Positions 1 through 8,575 are shown, counted from the stretch's first letter. The stretch: 64,000 nucleotides of DNA from Minisyncoccia bacterium (GCA_041742965.1 JBGTNQ010000012.1:1379-65378); one strand, 5' to 3'. Notes: generated by a model from the letters alone, not told the origin. A program made the numbers and translations.

Positions 1-231
1 GAAAATCAGCTTCAAAATACCAATTGCCCCTTGCTTCTCCAGTAATCCTAAGTGGGCTAGACACAACAGCATTTTGTTTAGGGCCAAAAACACGAATGAG
101 GTCTTTATACTCGGTTATCTCTCCTTCAACAATACCGTTGTTCCCAGCATCTCCTCTAAAGAAGAACAAAGCCCATGCCCCAAGGGCGATTAGCAATATT
201 ACGACTATTATAATGAGTGCGTTTTTCATAA
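1..231 (-). CDS. secreted/membrane-anchored protein, N-terminal part only (gene runs off the window start); Gmad2/GerM-like Ig motif
   Basis: Minus-strand ATG at 229-231, then the hydrophobic anchor MKNALIIIVVILLIALGAWALFF. The motif GEARGNWYFEADF resembles a Gmad2 Ig-like domain. No stop codon before position 1. Confidence 0.45.
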
Positions 232-252
232 AAATAAAGCAAGCTCTTTCAT

Positions 253-1026
253 CTATCTAAACACAACGGAACCACTATCAAACTTAAGGCCTAGCACTAG
301 CTCTCCGCGTGAAGTGAAGTGGTAGCTAGATGTGTTGGTGAGAAGCCCTGAAAATTCTGATTCATTAGACCCCTCACAGTACATTAAAGTCTGTACGATT
401 TCAGAGAAAACGATTAGACCATCTGTACCGACTGAGTAGTTGCCACCCATGCCGTTACAGTCGGTCGTCGCAGAAAATGTGCCATTATTGTTGAAGGTGA
501 TTGTGAATGCACCCGCAGTACTTGGCACTACCTCCCTTCCATCATTGTAAAGCGCCGATATCCAGGTCCAGCTTTTCATATCAAGTGTCATCCGAGAAGG
601 ATCTGCTTCGCCTTCAAAATTTTCCACTACCACACCCTTAGTTTGCAAATAGTGGTAAGGAGAATCACACGGCACGATAGAGCCGTCTTCTCCTACAACT
701 CCTCGCACCTCTATAATGTCACCAGATTTTAAAAGATAAACATCGCCAATTTTGTTGCTCTGATATGCAGGACAAAGTGGAAGCCCCATAGAAGGTATGG
801 CTATTGTTGAGAGCTTTCCACCATCCCCTTCCAAAATTATAAGTGCCGGACCATCAAAAGCAACTTGGTTTGTGTCAACAGCGAGCACTCTTCCAGACCT
901 CTCCACAGTCTCTCCCGCCACAAAACCAGCCTGTTTTTCCTGATAAATATAGCTGTTAAACAAAAAGAAACCTCCGACAAGAACGAGTGCAACTACTAAC
1001 AAATAAATTATTTTTTGATTTTTCAT
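253..1026 (-). CDS. secreted protein with C-terminal META/HslJ-like domain
   Basis: ORF of 257 aa with an N-terminal TM/signal (KIIYLLVVALVLVGGFF). The C-terminal block TITFNNNGTFSATTDCNGMGGNYSVGTDGLIVFSEIVQTLMYCEG is META-domain-like. Confidence 0.5.
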   Translation of the reverse strand: MKNQKIIYLLVVALVLVGGFFLFNSYIYQEKQAGFVAGETVERSGRVLAVDTNQVAFDGPALIILEGDGGKLSTIAIPSMGLPLCPAYQSNKIGDVYLLKSGDIIEVRGVVGEDGSIVPCDSPYHYLQTKGVVVENFEGEADPSRMTLDMKSWTWISALYNDGREVVPSTAGAFTITFNNNGTFSATTDCNGMGGNYSVGTDGLIVFSEIVQTLMYCEGSNESEFSGLLTNTSSYHFTSRGELVLGLKFDSGSVVFR

Positions 1027-1154
1027 AAAAGGTTTGACGATTCAACCTATAAATAATTACATAAAAACACCTAACCTTAAATGGCCGTGTATTTATCTAC
1101 CTCTCGGTTGATGAAAACCGTTGAAGTGTCCCAATGTTATTTTATGCAATTTTA

Positions 1155-1508
1155 TTATTCCTGTTCTTCCAATTTGACAGCGGCTTCAGGAGTAGAGACC
1201 GTCTTGCCCATTAGGAACATTTTGATAATCCCCCAAGCAATGAGCCAGTAAACGAGCATCGCCAGAAGCGTGGTCCATTCAAATATACTGCCTTCTACTC
1301 TAGTTATTCTAAAAACATTTAGAAAAGGGGCGACAAAAATATAAGTTGTGCCGTAGATAAAATCAGTAAAGCCAGCGCCCGGATTTGCACCCAACAACTT
1401 TAGTAGAAAACGAAATGCCAACAATGCTTCAAGGAGGCCGATGACATACCAGACGATTTGAGTACCACGAAAAATCGGTTTCGTGGTTGGAGAATTATAT
1501 GAATCCAT
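1155..1508 (-). CDS. YggT-family small membrane protein
   Basis: 117 aa with the YGGT-like core YGTTYIFVAPFLNVFRI...WTTLLAMLVYWLIAW and two TM helices. Confidence 0.65.
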   Translation of the reverse strand: MDSYNSPTTKPIFRGTQIVWYVIGLLEALLAFRFLLKLLGANPGAGFTDFIYGTTYIFVAPFLNVFRITRVEGSIFEWTTLLAMLVYWLIAWGIIKMFLMGKTVSTPEAAVKLEEQE

Positions 1509-1541
1509 ATTTTTTATACCTAATTATTTAATAAACTAAAT

Positions 1542-1694
1542 TTACTTTAATACATTTTTTCCACTAATAACGTTAACCAAAAAAATGATGACAGCTACAA
1601 CGAGGAGAATGTGAATAAGTCCCCCCAGTGTATAAGATGTCACCAAGCCTAGTGCCCATAAAACCAACAAAACGATTGCAATGGTTGTAAGCAT
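1542..1694 (-). CDS. lmo0937-family micro membrane protein (50 aa), missed by the ORF track
   Basis: Hand translation gives MLTTIAIVLLVLWALGLVTSYTLGGLIHILLVVAVIIFLVNVISGKNVLK. This is a typical lmo0937-type 2-TM micro-protein. A near-paralog lies at 32692..32820. Confidence 0.5.
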   Translation of the reverse strand: MLTTIAIVLLVLWALGLVTSYTLGGLIHILLVVAVIIFLVNVISGKNVLK

Positions 1695-1871
1695 ATTGTT
1701 TAAATATTTTTTAATTTTATAATTTGACCAATCAGCCCTGTAATATAAGACGCGGATGGATAGTTTTTATTTCAATAATCTCCAAATGGCCGTCAGTCCA
1801 ACACTAACGGCCCTTTTTCACATTCAAATTTACCTAGAGACACCCTCAAATATTATCTGGGTATTTCGTAT

Positions 1872-1985
1872 TACCGTGAGCAAAGACTGACAAGCGACAG
1901 GGGCCGTGAGGGGCGAAAAAGAATAGTACCCAACCACACTTCTCCTCACATATCTGCACCTTTTACTGTTGAAGCAGAATCCTTT
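1872..1985. repeat. direct repeat copy A (~110 bp), near-identical to 7028..7140
   Basis: ~100 nt identical (gcaaagactgacaagcgacaggggccgtgaggggcgaaaaagaatagtacccaaccacacttctcctcacatatctgcaccttttactgttgaagcagaa). It spans the last ~12 codons of the membrane-protein gene plus ~70 nt of 3' flank. Confidence 0.85.
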
Positions 1986-2389
1986 TTAAGAGATTTGAAA
2001 ATAATTAAAATTAAAGAAATTAATGTATACAAGATTGTCAGTAAAAAAATAACTGTGCCCTTTGTTATTGGAATAAAGTCCATCCCATGTGTTCTTGTTG
2101 GCAAAAAAGCAATAATTATCAAAGAGATAGGGACCATCCATATGGAAAAATTTCTCCAAGTTGTAAAAGTAGAATCTTTCAACTTATAAGTTATTACTGA
2201 GAAAATAAAAACTGAAATAAAAATGTAAGTAAAGCTTACTATTAAATCGCTGGTATAATAGCATTTACTTGCATAGTTAAAACAAATTCCAATATCTACA
2301 CTAAACATTGAAACCATATTGACTATAAAAAAAAGAAACGAAAAAAGAAACATCCGCTTCTTTGTAAACCACTCACCAACTTTATTCAT
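1946..2389 (-). CDS. polytopic membrane protein, unknown function
   Basis: 147 aa with four hydrophobic helices. The C-terminus KSLKKDSASTVKGADM is encoded inside repeat copy A, and a paralogous 3' fragment exists at 7101..7230. Confidence 0.55.
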   Translation of the reverse strand: MNKVGEWFTKKRMFLFSFLFFIVNMVSMFSVDIGICFNYASKCYYTSDLIVSFTYIFISVFIFSVITYKLKDSTFTTWRNFSIWMVPISLIIIAFLPTRTHGMDFIPITKGTVIFLLTILYTLISLILIIFKSLKKDSASTVKGADM

Positions 2390-2427
2390 AATTTAATTAT
2401 CTAATAATTTATTTTAAATATCAACCA

Positions 2428-5187
2428 CTACTTTAGCCCCACTGTTACAGAATAAACATTTCCATCATCTAGTTTCATAGAGAGTTTATACCAATAACCA
2501 AAAGCTAATCCCTTGGTACTCCAGTTGTAGATATACTGTTGGCTGGTAGTGTCCCATCTAAATTCTGTCCCCGTAGAAGCTTGCGAATTGTATGTAGATT
2601 CATCTATTGATGCACTCATCTTACTTCCCTTTTGTGGTGTAAGCCAAACTGGTGTCGAACTTGCTTGCACTATAACACCATCAAGATTTTTCAATTGAAA
2701 CTTTATAGGTATGGTACTTCCTCCCTTAAAGACACTCCGCGCTTGCTCTGAATGATAGGCCGTATCATTTATGGGTTGCAGGAATCCAGAAAACGCATAG
2801 TACGGTGCAAGAACCACTTCGCCCAATTTTGCATTTAAGTTTATATCACTGATTCCATCTCCATTTTTATCAATTTGAAGCACAGAACTTCCTACTTCAA
2901 ATCCTTCAGATATGTCCATTGTTGCTACTGTGGAAGTGGAAGAAGGTATGCCCTCAAATGAAGTGGAGTCAGTTATTGTATTTCCTTCCTGCTTATCTAC
3001 ATCAAGCGAGAAACTACCTTTTTCAAGACCTTGCATTTTGAGAGTATACGCGACACCAACAGGAACTGAAAGAAATTGCACTTCACCTATTTGTTTATAA
3101 GTAACATTTGGAATTTCTTCTCTAGTTTGCTTAGTTGCTGGATCTTGTCCTGTGTACCTTCCTTGTGTATCAATAATGCCAAGAGTTAGAGGGGAATGTA
3201 GAGTGTAGTGGAGACGTTCCCGGTCTGACACTAAAGTCGAAGTATTATTCACGACAATATTAGTAAGATTAATGAAACCTTCGCCTTTAATTTTAGATTT
3301 AATAAAATCACGAAGGTCCAATACTTCTAAAATATCTTTGTGGTTTGTTCTAAATCGGTCATTTCCGTTATACTGAGCTAAATCCACCCACCACCTCTCC
3401 ACATTTGGATTAGTATCCGACATCCATAAAGCGCTTGGTACGACAACCGTAGCATCACCATCAATTACCATGCGAGGTTTATAAGAAGCATATTCACCTC
3501 CAAGGAATTTCTTTTTCACTACATAATCTAATCCTGCAAGAGTCTCCTCTCCCCAACCCGCTACTTGTATCACTTTAGTATCTGGTGGCGGTACCCAATT
3601 GTCTAATACTTGATGCACTACTTCTGCTTGTAAATATAATTCGCTATTCCCGATGTTTGTACGTACAGTATCTTCATATGTTGGCTTCGTTCTTCCGTCG
3701 GTACCTAAAACATAATTTTTAAGCTCAGTCTCGTTTGAGACAAATACTCCGTATTGTGAAGTTTGTGGATCAAAAAATGGCTTGTTTTCAAAGGATACTA
3801 TCTTGCCTACCGCGAAAGCCGGATCAACTGTATTAAAATACCCCGCAGAAGGTAATAGGTTATACATAACCGGCATATTTTCGGATAACTGCCTAGATCT
3901 TTTTTTGTCCATCAAGAAACCAAATGGGCCGATATTAGTTCCGTGAAGTATGTTTGCCACAGCTTCCGGTGTACCGACTTGTGGCACGCCGACAAAAATT
4001 ATTCTGTCTATTTGATCATAAAGAGGATTGCTTGTATCTTTTAACTTTTGAATTAATGCCTTTGTGACCAATCCTCCGTTTGAGTGCGCAATAATTGTTA
4101 TTTTCCCAGTCCTAGAGCTTGCTTGAAGTTCTTCCAATTTTTTTAGAATAAAAGATTCTGAAAAATCCTGTTCTTCTGTATAAGATAAATTATCTCCAGA
4201 TACTTTGCCGTTGGTAACAATATCTTCTAGTGAAAGTCGCCAGTCGTAGGGTATAAAAGCATAATCATTTATGATTTCTTCCACATCTTTCCATTTTCTT
4301 AAGTCCTCAATGAATGATTGATAAATATTGGGATTGGGTAAAAGAGAGAGGTCAATGTTATCGACGATGCCAGCCTCATTTCCTTCGTCACTCACCCTCT
4401 GTGTATCGTTTTTAGTATGAATGTTATGAATGCTGTCCCCCTGATCATTTAAGCTAAGTAGGGAGTGCCTCGCGTCATTTTTGGAAACCCATAATTCATC
4501 ATCTGTAGAATTATATAACCTAGACCCCATAATCCCCGGCAGGAACATAACACTTGAGCAACACTCTACTAATTCTGTTCTATACCCAATGGCATATAGA
4601 GCTGACTGATTGTTGAAACAACCCGCGGAAGTTTTATCAGGAAACCAAGCGCAAGAAGTGTTTCCTGGAATGGGATCTCGATTTGGAAAACGGAACATAA
4701 TACCCAGATGCGTATCTAATATTTCTGGATCAAAAGTATCCGCCCCATATACGAAAGCATAAGCTGATCCTGATACAAGTAAATAATCTTCAAAAAAGAA
4801 TGAGATATTATTTGGGGCGCCACGATTTAACTCGGCCCAACTAAACGTATTTATGGAACACTGAATTAGAGTGTCGAGACGATCAAGGTTATCCAGGGTG
4901 TATAGACAGAATTGTATCGGTGGAATGTCTGGAAAACCTTCTGGGCCTGAGTTGTCAGCATAGACGACGGCTTCCATTACATTAAAAGTGAAGTCTGATT
5001 CTGGAATAAGTCTCATCCCTTTGTAAGAAAGGACTTTATTGGGGCGATCACCACTAAGATTAGAGAAGGTTACATTTCTAAAGTCGAAAAGATAGGTGGT
5101 GTCTTCAGCTTGAACATTCGTCAGACCAATTAAAAAAAGAAGCGTTAAGATAATGTAGGTCTGAGGAACTTTAGTAAAAAATTTCAT
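2428..5187 (-). CDS. large secreted alpha/beta-hydrolase-fold protein (lipase/esterase-like, GHSNGG nucleophile elbow)
   Basis: 919 aa with the signal peptide MKFFTKVPQTYIILTLLFLIGLTNVQA. The motif IIAHSNGGLVTKALIQKL matches a lipase class-2/PGAP1-like nucleophile elbow. Large multi-domain C-terminal region. Confidence 0.65.
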   Translation of the reverse strand: MKFFTKVPQTYIILTLLFLIGLTNVQAEDTTYLFDFRNVTFSNLSGDRPNKVLSYKGMRLIPESDFTFNVMEAVVYADNSGPEGFPDIPPIQFCLYTLDNLDRLDTLIQCSINTFSWAELNRGAPNNISFFFEDYLLVSGSAYAFVYGADTFDPEILDTHLGIMFRFPNRDPIPGNTSCAWFPDKTSAGCFNNQSALYAIGYRTELVECCSSVMFLPGIMGSRLYNSTDDELWVSKNDARHSLLSLNDQGDSIHNIHTKNDTQRVSDEGNEAGIVDNIDLSLLPNPNIYQSFIEDLRKWKDVEEIINDYAFIPYDWRLSLEDIVTNGKVSGDNLSYTEEQDFSESFILKKLEELQASSRTGKITIIAHSNGGLVTKALIQKLKDTSNPLYDQIDRIIFVGVPQVGTPEAVANILHGTNIGPFGFLMDKKRSRQLSENMPVMYNLLPSAGYFNTVDPAFAVGKIVSFENKPFFDPQTSQYGVFVSNETELKNYVLGTDGRTKPTYEDTVRTNIGNSELYLQAEVVHQVLDNWVPPPDTKVIQVAGWGEETLAGLDYVVKKKFLGGEYASYKPRMVIDGDATVVVPSALWMSDTNPNVERWWVDLAQYNGNDRFRTNHKDILEVLDLRDFIKSKIKGEGFINLTNIVVNNTSTLVSDRERLHYTLHSPLTLGIIDTQGRYTGQDPATKQTREEIPNVTYKQIGEVQFLSVPVGVAYTLKMQGLEKGSFSLDVDKQEGNTITDSTSFEGIPSSTSTVATMDISEGFEVGSSVLQIDKNGDGISDINLNAKLGEVVLAPYYAFSGFLQPINDTAYHSEQARSVFKGGSTIPIKFQLKNLDGVIVQASSTPVWLTPQKGSKMSASIDESTYNSQASTGTEFRWDTTSQQYIYNWSTKGLAFGYWYKLSMKLDDGNVYSVTVGLK

Positions 5188-5352
5188 TATTACGATGTTA
5201 CGTTAATAATGGATAGGATAATGGGGTCAACCACTATTCTTTTTTGGCATACAGAAATGGCGGCTGACCACATTTCCTTAAATCTTATAATAAAAAATAA
5301 CATCTCCCCGTTAATCTGACAACACTAGCTTGTAGATAGGTAAAATCTCTTC

Positions 5353-5631
5353 TTATTGCAGTCTTTTGCAAAACATTAGAATATCCTTTCCGCGAGGAGT
5401 GAGTTTGTGGCGAACACTCGGGCCATCACTCCTCTTCAAGACGAGACCGGCAATTGCCAGTTTTCGCACATGGTCAGAAGCATTCTCGTACCCAATATGC
5501 AAACGCTCGGAAATATCATCCACCGAAAGCTCTGGCTCTCTAAGTAAGAGATCGAGAATTTCAATACGGCGATGGTTTGCAAAGCCTTTCACAATTCGTT
5601 CTGTTTTGCGATAGTTTATTTTTTCCTTCAT
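5353..5631 (-). CDS. ArsR/SmtB-family HTH transcriptional regulator
   Basis: 92 aa; RRIEILDLLL...LSVDDISERLHIGYENASDHVRKLAIAGLV is a wHTH of the ArsR family. Its last 10 codons are encoded by the 30-nt motif at 5357..5387. Confidence 0.8.
   Translation of the reverse strand: MKEKINYRKTERIVKGFANHRRIEILDLLLREPELSVDDISERLHIGYENASDHVRKLAIAGLVLKRSDGPSVRHKLTPRGKDILMFCKRLQ
5357..5387. repeat. 30-nt motif copy 1 (attgcagtcttttgcaaaacattagaata) with TTGCA-N6-TGCAA inverted-repeat core
   Basis: Overlaps the ArsR C-terminal coding sequence and stop codon. Copies at 5667..5697 and 6969..6999. Confidence 0.8.
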
Positions 5632-5666
5632 ATTTTTACATTTTTACAATTCTATTTTTATGATAT

Positions 5667-5697
5667 CAGACTATTGCAGTCTTTTGCAAAATACTAG
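5667..5697. repeat. 30-nt motif copy 2
   Basis: Sits 36-66 nt upstream of the ArsR start and overlaps the metK stop codon. 2-3 mismatches to the other copies. Confidence 0.8.
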
Positions 5698-6626
5698 AAT
5701 GAAGAATGTTGGCTGAAATGACCCCAGTTAGAGGTGTCTTTGAACTTAACTTCATCCAATTTTAAATACTCCCGTATCCCACTTGGGCTAAGGTCATAAT
5801 CATTAATTTCTCTTTCTACCCCATCAATAATAGCCACGGCCATAACCGGCTTACTTTTGCCTATAGCATAAGCAAGTTTTGTATAGACTTCTTTTGCATT
5901 ATGTTTATTCAATAAATCAACAGCAATTCTCCGAGCCATATATGCGCCACTTCTATCTACTTTTGTATAATCTTTTCCAGAAAAAGAACCTCCACCAATT
6001 GGTATTTCGGGGCCATAATTATCTATTACCAGTTTCCTACCTGAAAGTCCTGTATCACTATCAAATCCGCCCAAGGACCATTCGCCAGATGGGTTGATAA
6101 GATACTCATCTGCTGAAATATTACTTTTTACAAGACCGAGCAATTCACTACTTTTTGTATTTTGAAAACTTGCGACGACCGTCGTCACTTTCCCAGCCTT
6201 TATGGTAACTTGAGTTTTGCCATCATAGGGATATATGGCAAATATTTTTTTACACAAGTCTCTAGCCAGAACATATTCAAGCGGTAAGTACTCTTTCGTT
6301 TCATTCGTAGCATAACCTTTCATTATTCCCTGATCTCCAGCGCCACCACTGTCTACTCCTTGCTTTATTGTAGTGCTTTGTAAAGCTATGCTTTTTATAA
6401 CCTTATAATTTTCACCCACAATACCATGCACAATATTTTCAATATTTGGTTTTGATTTTGAAGTCACCTCACCATTTATTGTTATCAAATTATGCCCACC
6501 CATTACTTCTATCGCCACACGACTTTCTTTGTCCCCTTCTAAATATGCGTCGAGTATACTGTCTGCAATAAAATCACAGATTTTATCTGGATGCATTGGG
6601 CTCACGAATTCACATGTTTTTTCCAT
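5694..6626 (-). CDS. metK: S-adenosylmethionine synthetase, short form
   Basis: Motifs HPDKICDFIADSILDA, GAGDQG and GGGSFSGKD are present. The 310-aa short MetK is typical of reduced genomes. Confidence 0.85.
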   Translation of the reverse strand: MEKTCEFVSPMHPDKICDFIADSILDAYLEGDKESRVAIEVMGGHNLITINGEVTSKSKPNIENIVHGIVGENYKVIKSIALQSTTIKQGVDSGGAGDQGIMKGYATNETKEYLPLEYVLARDLCKKIFAIYPYDGKTQVTIKAGKVTTVVASFQNTKSSELLGLVKSNISADEYLINPSGEWSLGGFDSDTGLSGRKLVIDNYGPEIPIGGGSFSGKDYTKVDRSGAYMARRIAVDLLNKHNAKEVYTKLAYAIGKSKPVMAVAIIDGVEREINDYDLSPSGIREYLKLDEVKFKDTSNWGHFSQHSSF

Positions 6627-6845
6627 AAAAACTAAAAATTCCTCTAATAAGAGGAAAGATTTTTTCTGCGTGGACTAGACGCAAGACATATCTTTCCTTC
6701 CGCCTAGGGCGGATGGTTGGATTTAGCACCTCAGCAAAATTGCTTTTTGATAGGTTGCTGTGGGGTCCACGAGCCAAATCTCGCTCTCCGTCCGTAGTTA
6801 CTACGAAGGAGGATACCTCCACTCTTGATCGAACTATTCAATTGT
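6627..6845 (-). promoter_or_regulatory. candidate SAM-I/IV-like riboswitch in the metK 5' leader, with an SD-sequestering expression platform
   Basis: The minus-strand RNA contains AUCAAGAGUGGAGG, GCAACC, GGUGCUAAAUCC and AAAGAUAUG blocks in S-box order. The 3' P1 strand GGAAAGAU is complementary to AUCUUUCC, which in turn pairs with the SD GAGGAA 10 nt upstream of the ATG. Confidence 0.4.
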
Positions 6846-6856
6846 CGAACACTGGC

Positions 6857-6866
6857 ATTATATCAC
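6857..6866 (-). promoter_or_regulatory. extended -10 promoter (TGaTATAAT) for the metK leader
   Basis: Minus strand reads tgtgaTATAATgccagtg, ~10 nt upstream of the riboswitch 5' block. Confidence 0.4.
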
Positions 6867-6968
6867 ATTTCCAACCATCAATCCGAAATGTCCGGTCGCG
6901 GTAGGTGAAATCGGACAAGACCCGCCTCCGCCAGTTGGCGGAGGCGGGCGGGTAAAGTCACACTTTTC

Positions 6969-6999
6969 TTATTGCAGTCTTTTGCAAAACACTAGAATA
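6969..6999. repeat. 30-nt motif copy 3
   Basis: Lies upstream of the metK promoter and just after the GC hairpin cccgcctccgcc-agtt-ggcggaggcggg (6921-6948). Shares a 36-nt run with copy 1. Confidence 0.8.
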
Positions 7000-7027
7000 A
7001 AGAACGGGGGTTGTCGGGAAGTTGTAT

Positions 7028-7140
7028 GACCGTAGCAAAGACTGACAAGCGACAGGGGCCGTGAGGGGCGAAAAAGAATAGTACCCAACCACACTTCTCC
7101 TCACATATCTGCACCTTTTACTGTTGAAGCAGAAACTTTT
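7028..7140. repeat. direct repeat copy B (~110 bp)
   Basis: See copy A. Identity decays into divergent coding sequence past ~7140. Confidence 0.85.
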
Positions 7141-7230
7141 TTAAGAGATTTATGGATGATAAAAATAAGAGAGAAAATAGCATAGGCAATTAAAATTCCT
7201 ATAGCAATCAGATCTTTTTGTATATGAAAA
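7101..7230 (-). pseudogene. 3' fragment of a paralog of the 1946..2389 membrane-protein gene (no start codon)
   Basis: Encodes ...IQKDLIAIGILIAYAIFSLIFIIHKSLKKVSASTVKGADM*. The upstream reading frame runs through a terminator hairpin and has no in-frame ATG after it. Confidence 0.45.
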
Positions 7231-7280
7231 AATCCGTCTCCTGCATACCCACGCCCTCGTTTTGGAGGCGGGGTGGAATT

Positions 7281-7322
7281 ATTTTTAAAAAAGAAATCGC
7301 GCAGTGCTTTTGGCACTGCGCG
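7281..7322 (-). terminator. Rho-independent terminator
   Basis: Perfect 10-bp GC stem cgcgcagtgc/gcactgcgcg, 5-nt loop, then atttcttttttaaaaa on the minus strand, directly after the small ORF's stop. Confidence 0.7.
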
Positions 7323-7354
7323 AAGACCTCGAGTCCGACATGAATTCGGAAAGA

Positions 7355-7567
7355 CTACCACGGCATCTTGATCTTGCCGATCTGGGTCTCTCCACCCAGA
7401 ACGGTACCGTCTCCGGAGATGCGAGTCTTGTCGACTCCACCGGGAATGCCCCGCATGAAGTCAAAGTGACCCCCACCGTGAGACGGATTGTTCAGGTCGT
7501 TGTGGATCTTGCTGTTCGGATCCGAAAACGGAAACGACCCGCCAAGATTTGGGATCTTGCCATCCAT
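7355..7567 (-). CDS. small Gly-rich hypothetical protein (~70 aa) in a GC-rich islet
   Basis: SD GGAGGTGA sits 5 nt upstream of the ATG. Product MDGKIPNLGGSFPFSDPNSKIHNDLNNPSHGGGHFDFMRGIPGGVDKTRISGDGTVLGGETQIGKIKMPW. Local GC is clearly above the flanks and a strong terminator follows. No recognisable family. Confidence 0.45.
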   Translation of the reverse strand: MDGKIPNLGGSFPFSDPNSKIHNDLNNPSHGGGHFDFMRGIPGGVDKTRISGDGTVLGGETQIGKIKMPW

Positions 7568-7729
7568 TTTTCTCACCTCCTTTCCTGTGTAAAAATGTAG
7601 AACTGCTCTATTTAAAGATTAGCCAAAAGTAGTCTTGAGGTCAAGTACCCTCCTAAAAAAATCCAATATAATGAACAGCCCATCACCAGACGACCTTTAG
7701 GGGCTTGTTTATTAGTGTAAAATAGAGTT

Positions 7730-8125
7730 ATGAATACTTCTTCTTGGTATGAGACATTGGTGAGACCTGAGTGGGCGCCTCCGGCGTGGATATTCGGTCC
7801 CGTGTGGAGTGTGCTCTACATAATTATCGCCATCTCCTTCGGTGTGGTGTTTTATAAAATATGGAAAAAGGAGCTCCCCCATTGGATAGCATTACCTTTT
7901 CTCCTCAACTTATTCTTCAACCTCATCTTCAGCCCAATTCAGTTTGGTTTACAAAATAATCTCCTCGCTTCTTTAGATATTATTCTTGTGCTTGCAACTC
8001 TCATCTGGAGTATGGGTGCTGTTTGGAAGAGAGTGAAGTGGGTGGCTCTGGTCAATATTCCCTACCTCCTCTGGGTTTCTTTCGCTACGGTCCTTCAGCT
8101 GACTATTACTTATCTTAATTTTTAG
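7730..8125 (+). CDS. tspO: TspO/MBR family tryptophan-rich sensory protein
   Basis: WYETLVRPEWAPPAWIFGPVWSVLY...NLLASLDIIL...NIPYLLWVSFATVLQ is a classic TspO pattern with 5 TM helices. Confidence 0.8.
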   Translation: MNTSSWYETLVRPEWAPPAWIFGPVWSVLYIIIAISFGVVFYKIWKKELPHWIALPFLLNLFFNLIFSPIQFGLQNNLLASLDIILVLATLIWSMGAVWKRVKWVALVNIPYLLWVSFATVLQLTITYLNF

Positions 8126-8176
8126 ATTGATTCATTCGGTAGACAAATACTCTCTCAATCTAAAATACCAAATAGT

Positions 8177-8575
8177 TTAATTGAAGTTAACTTTAAAACT
8201 ATACATACCCATACTGCAGGTTCCTTGTAGTGGAGTGCCCTCTTCTGGTGTGCCTAAATCAATAGTCTCTTCTCCGGTCTGAGATAAAACTTTTTGATAA
8301 CCTATTGATCGAATAACCAATGCTAATGAACAGTCAAAAGTGCTGTCCGTTTTGATAACTAATTTTGTAGGAATTCCTGCTTTCGCTGTAGAGACACTGG
8401 GAGAATAACCCCCTTTGGCTTCTATCGTCACATACTGAATACCGTCTATTATTTCTACATTCTGAATCTGCGCCACTTGTTTTGAACCACCAAAGAAAAT
8501 AATGCCTATACTGATGGCAAGTCCGAGTGTGACGATAATTGAAGCGATCTTATTCATCCCGTTAGAAATTTTCAT
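8177..8575 (-). CDS. secreted cupredoxin-like domain protein (putative copper-binding)
   Basis: N-terminal TM, then a beta-rich domain with ...KAGIPTKLVIKTDSTFDCS...GTCSMGMYSFKVNF. Sits in the copper cluster. Confidence 0.45.
   Translation of the reverse strand: MKISNGMNKIASIIVTLGLAISIGIIFFGGSKQVAQIQNVEIIDGIQYVTIEAKGGYSPSVSTAKAGIPTKLVIKTDSTFDCSLALVIRSIGYQKVLSQTGEETIDLGTPEEGTPLQGTCSMGMYSFKVNFN

Noticed and set aside
6610-6904. ORFs 6610..6822 (-) and 6713..6904 (+) in the metK leader
   Set aside because: They overlap the riboswitch/promoter region, have no SD, and are low-complexity. They are most likely non-coding.
7304-7600. Plus-strand ORF (98 aa) and a second minus-strand ORF 7285..7476 in the GC-rich patch
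   Set aside because: The plus ORF starts at a GTG inside the terminator stem and lacks an SD. The minus-strand frame with GGAGGTGA-N5-ATG is the only well-signalled one.
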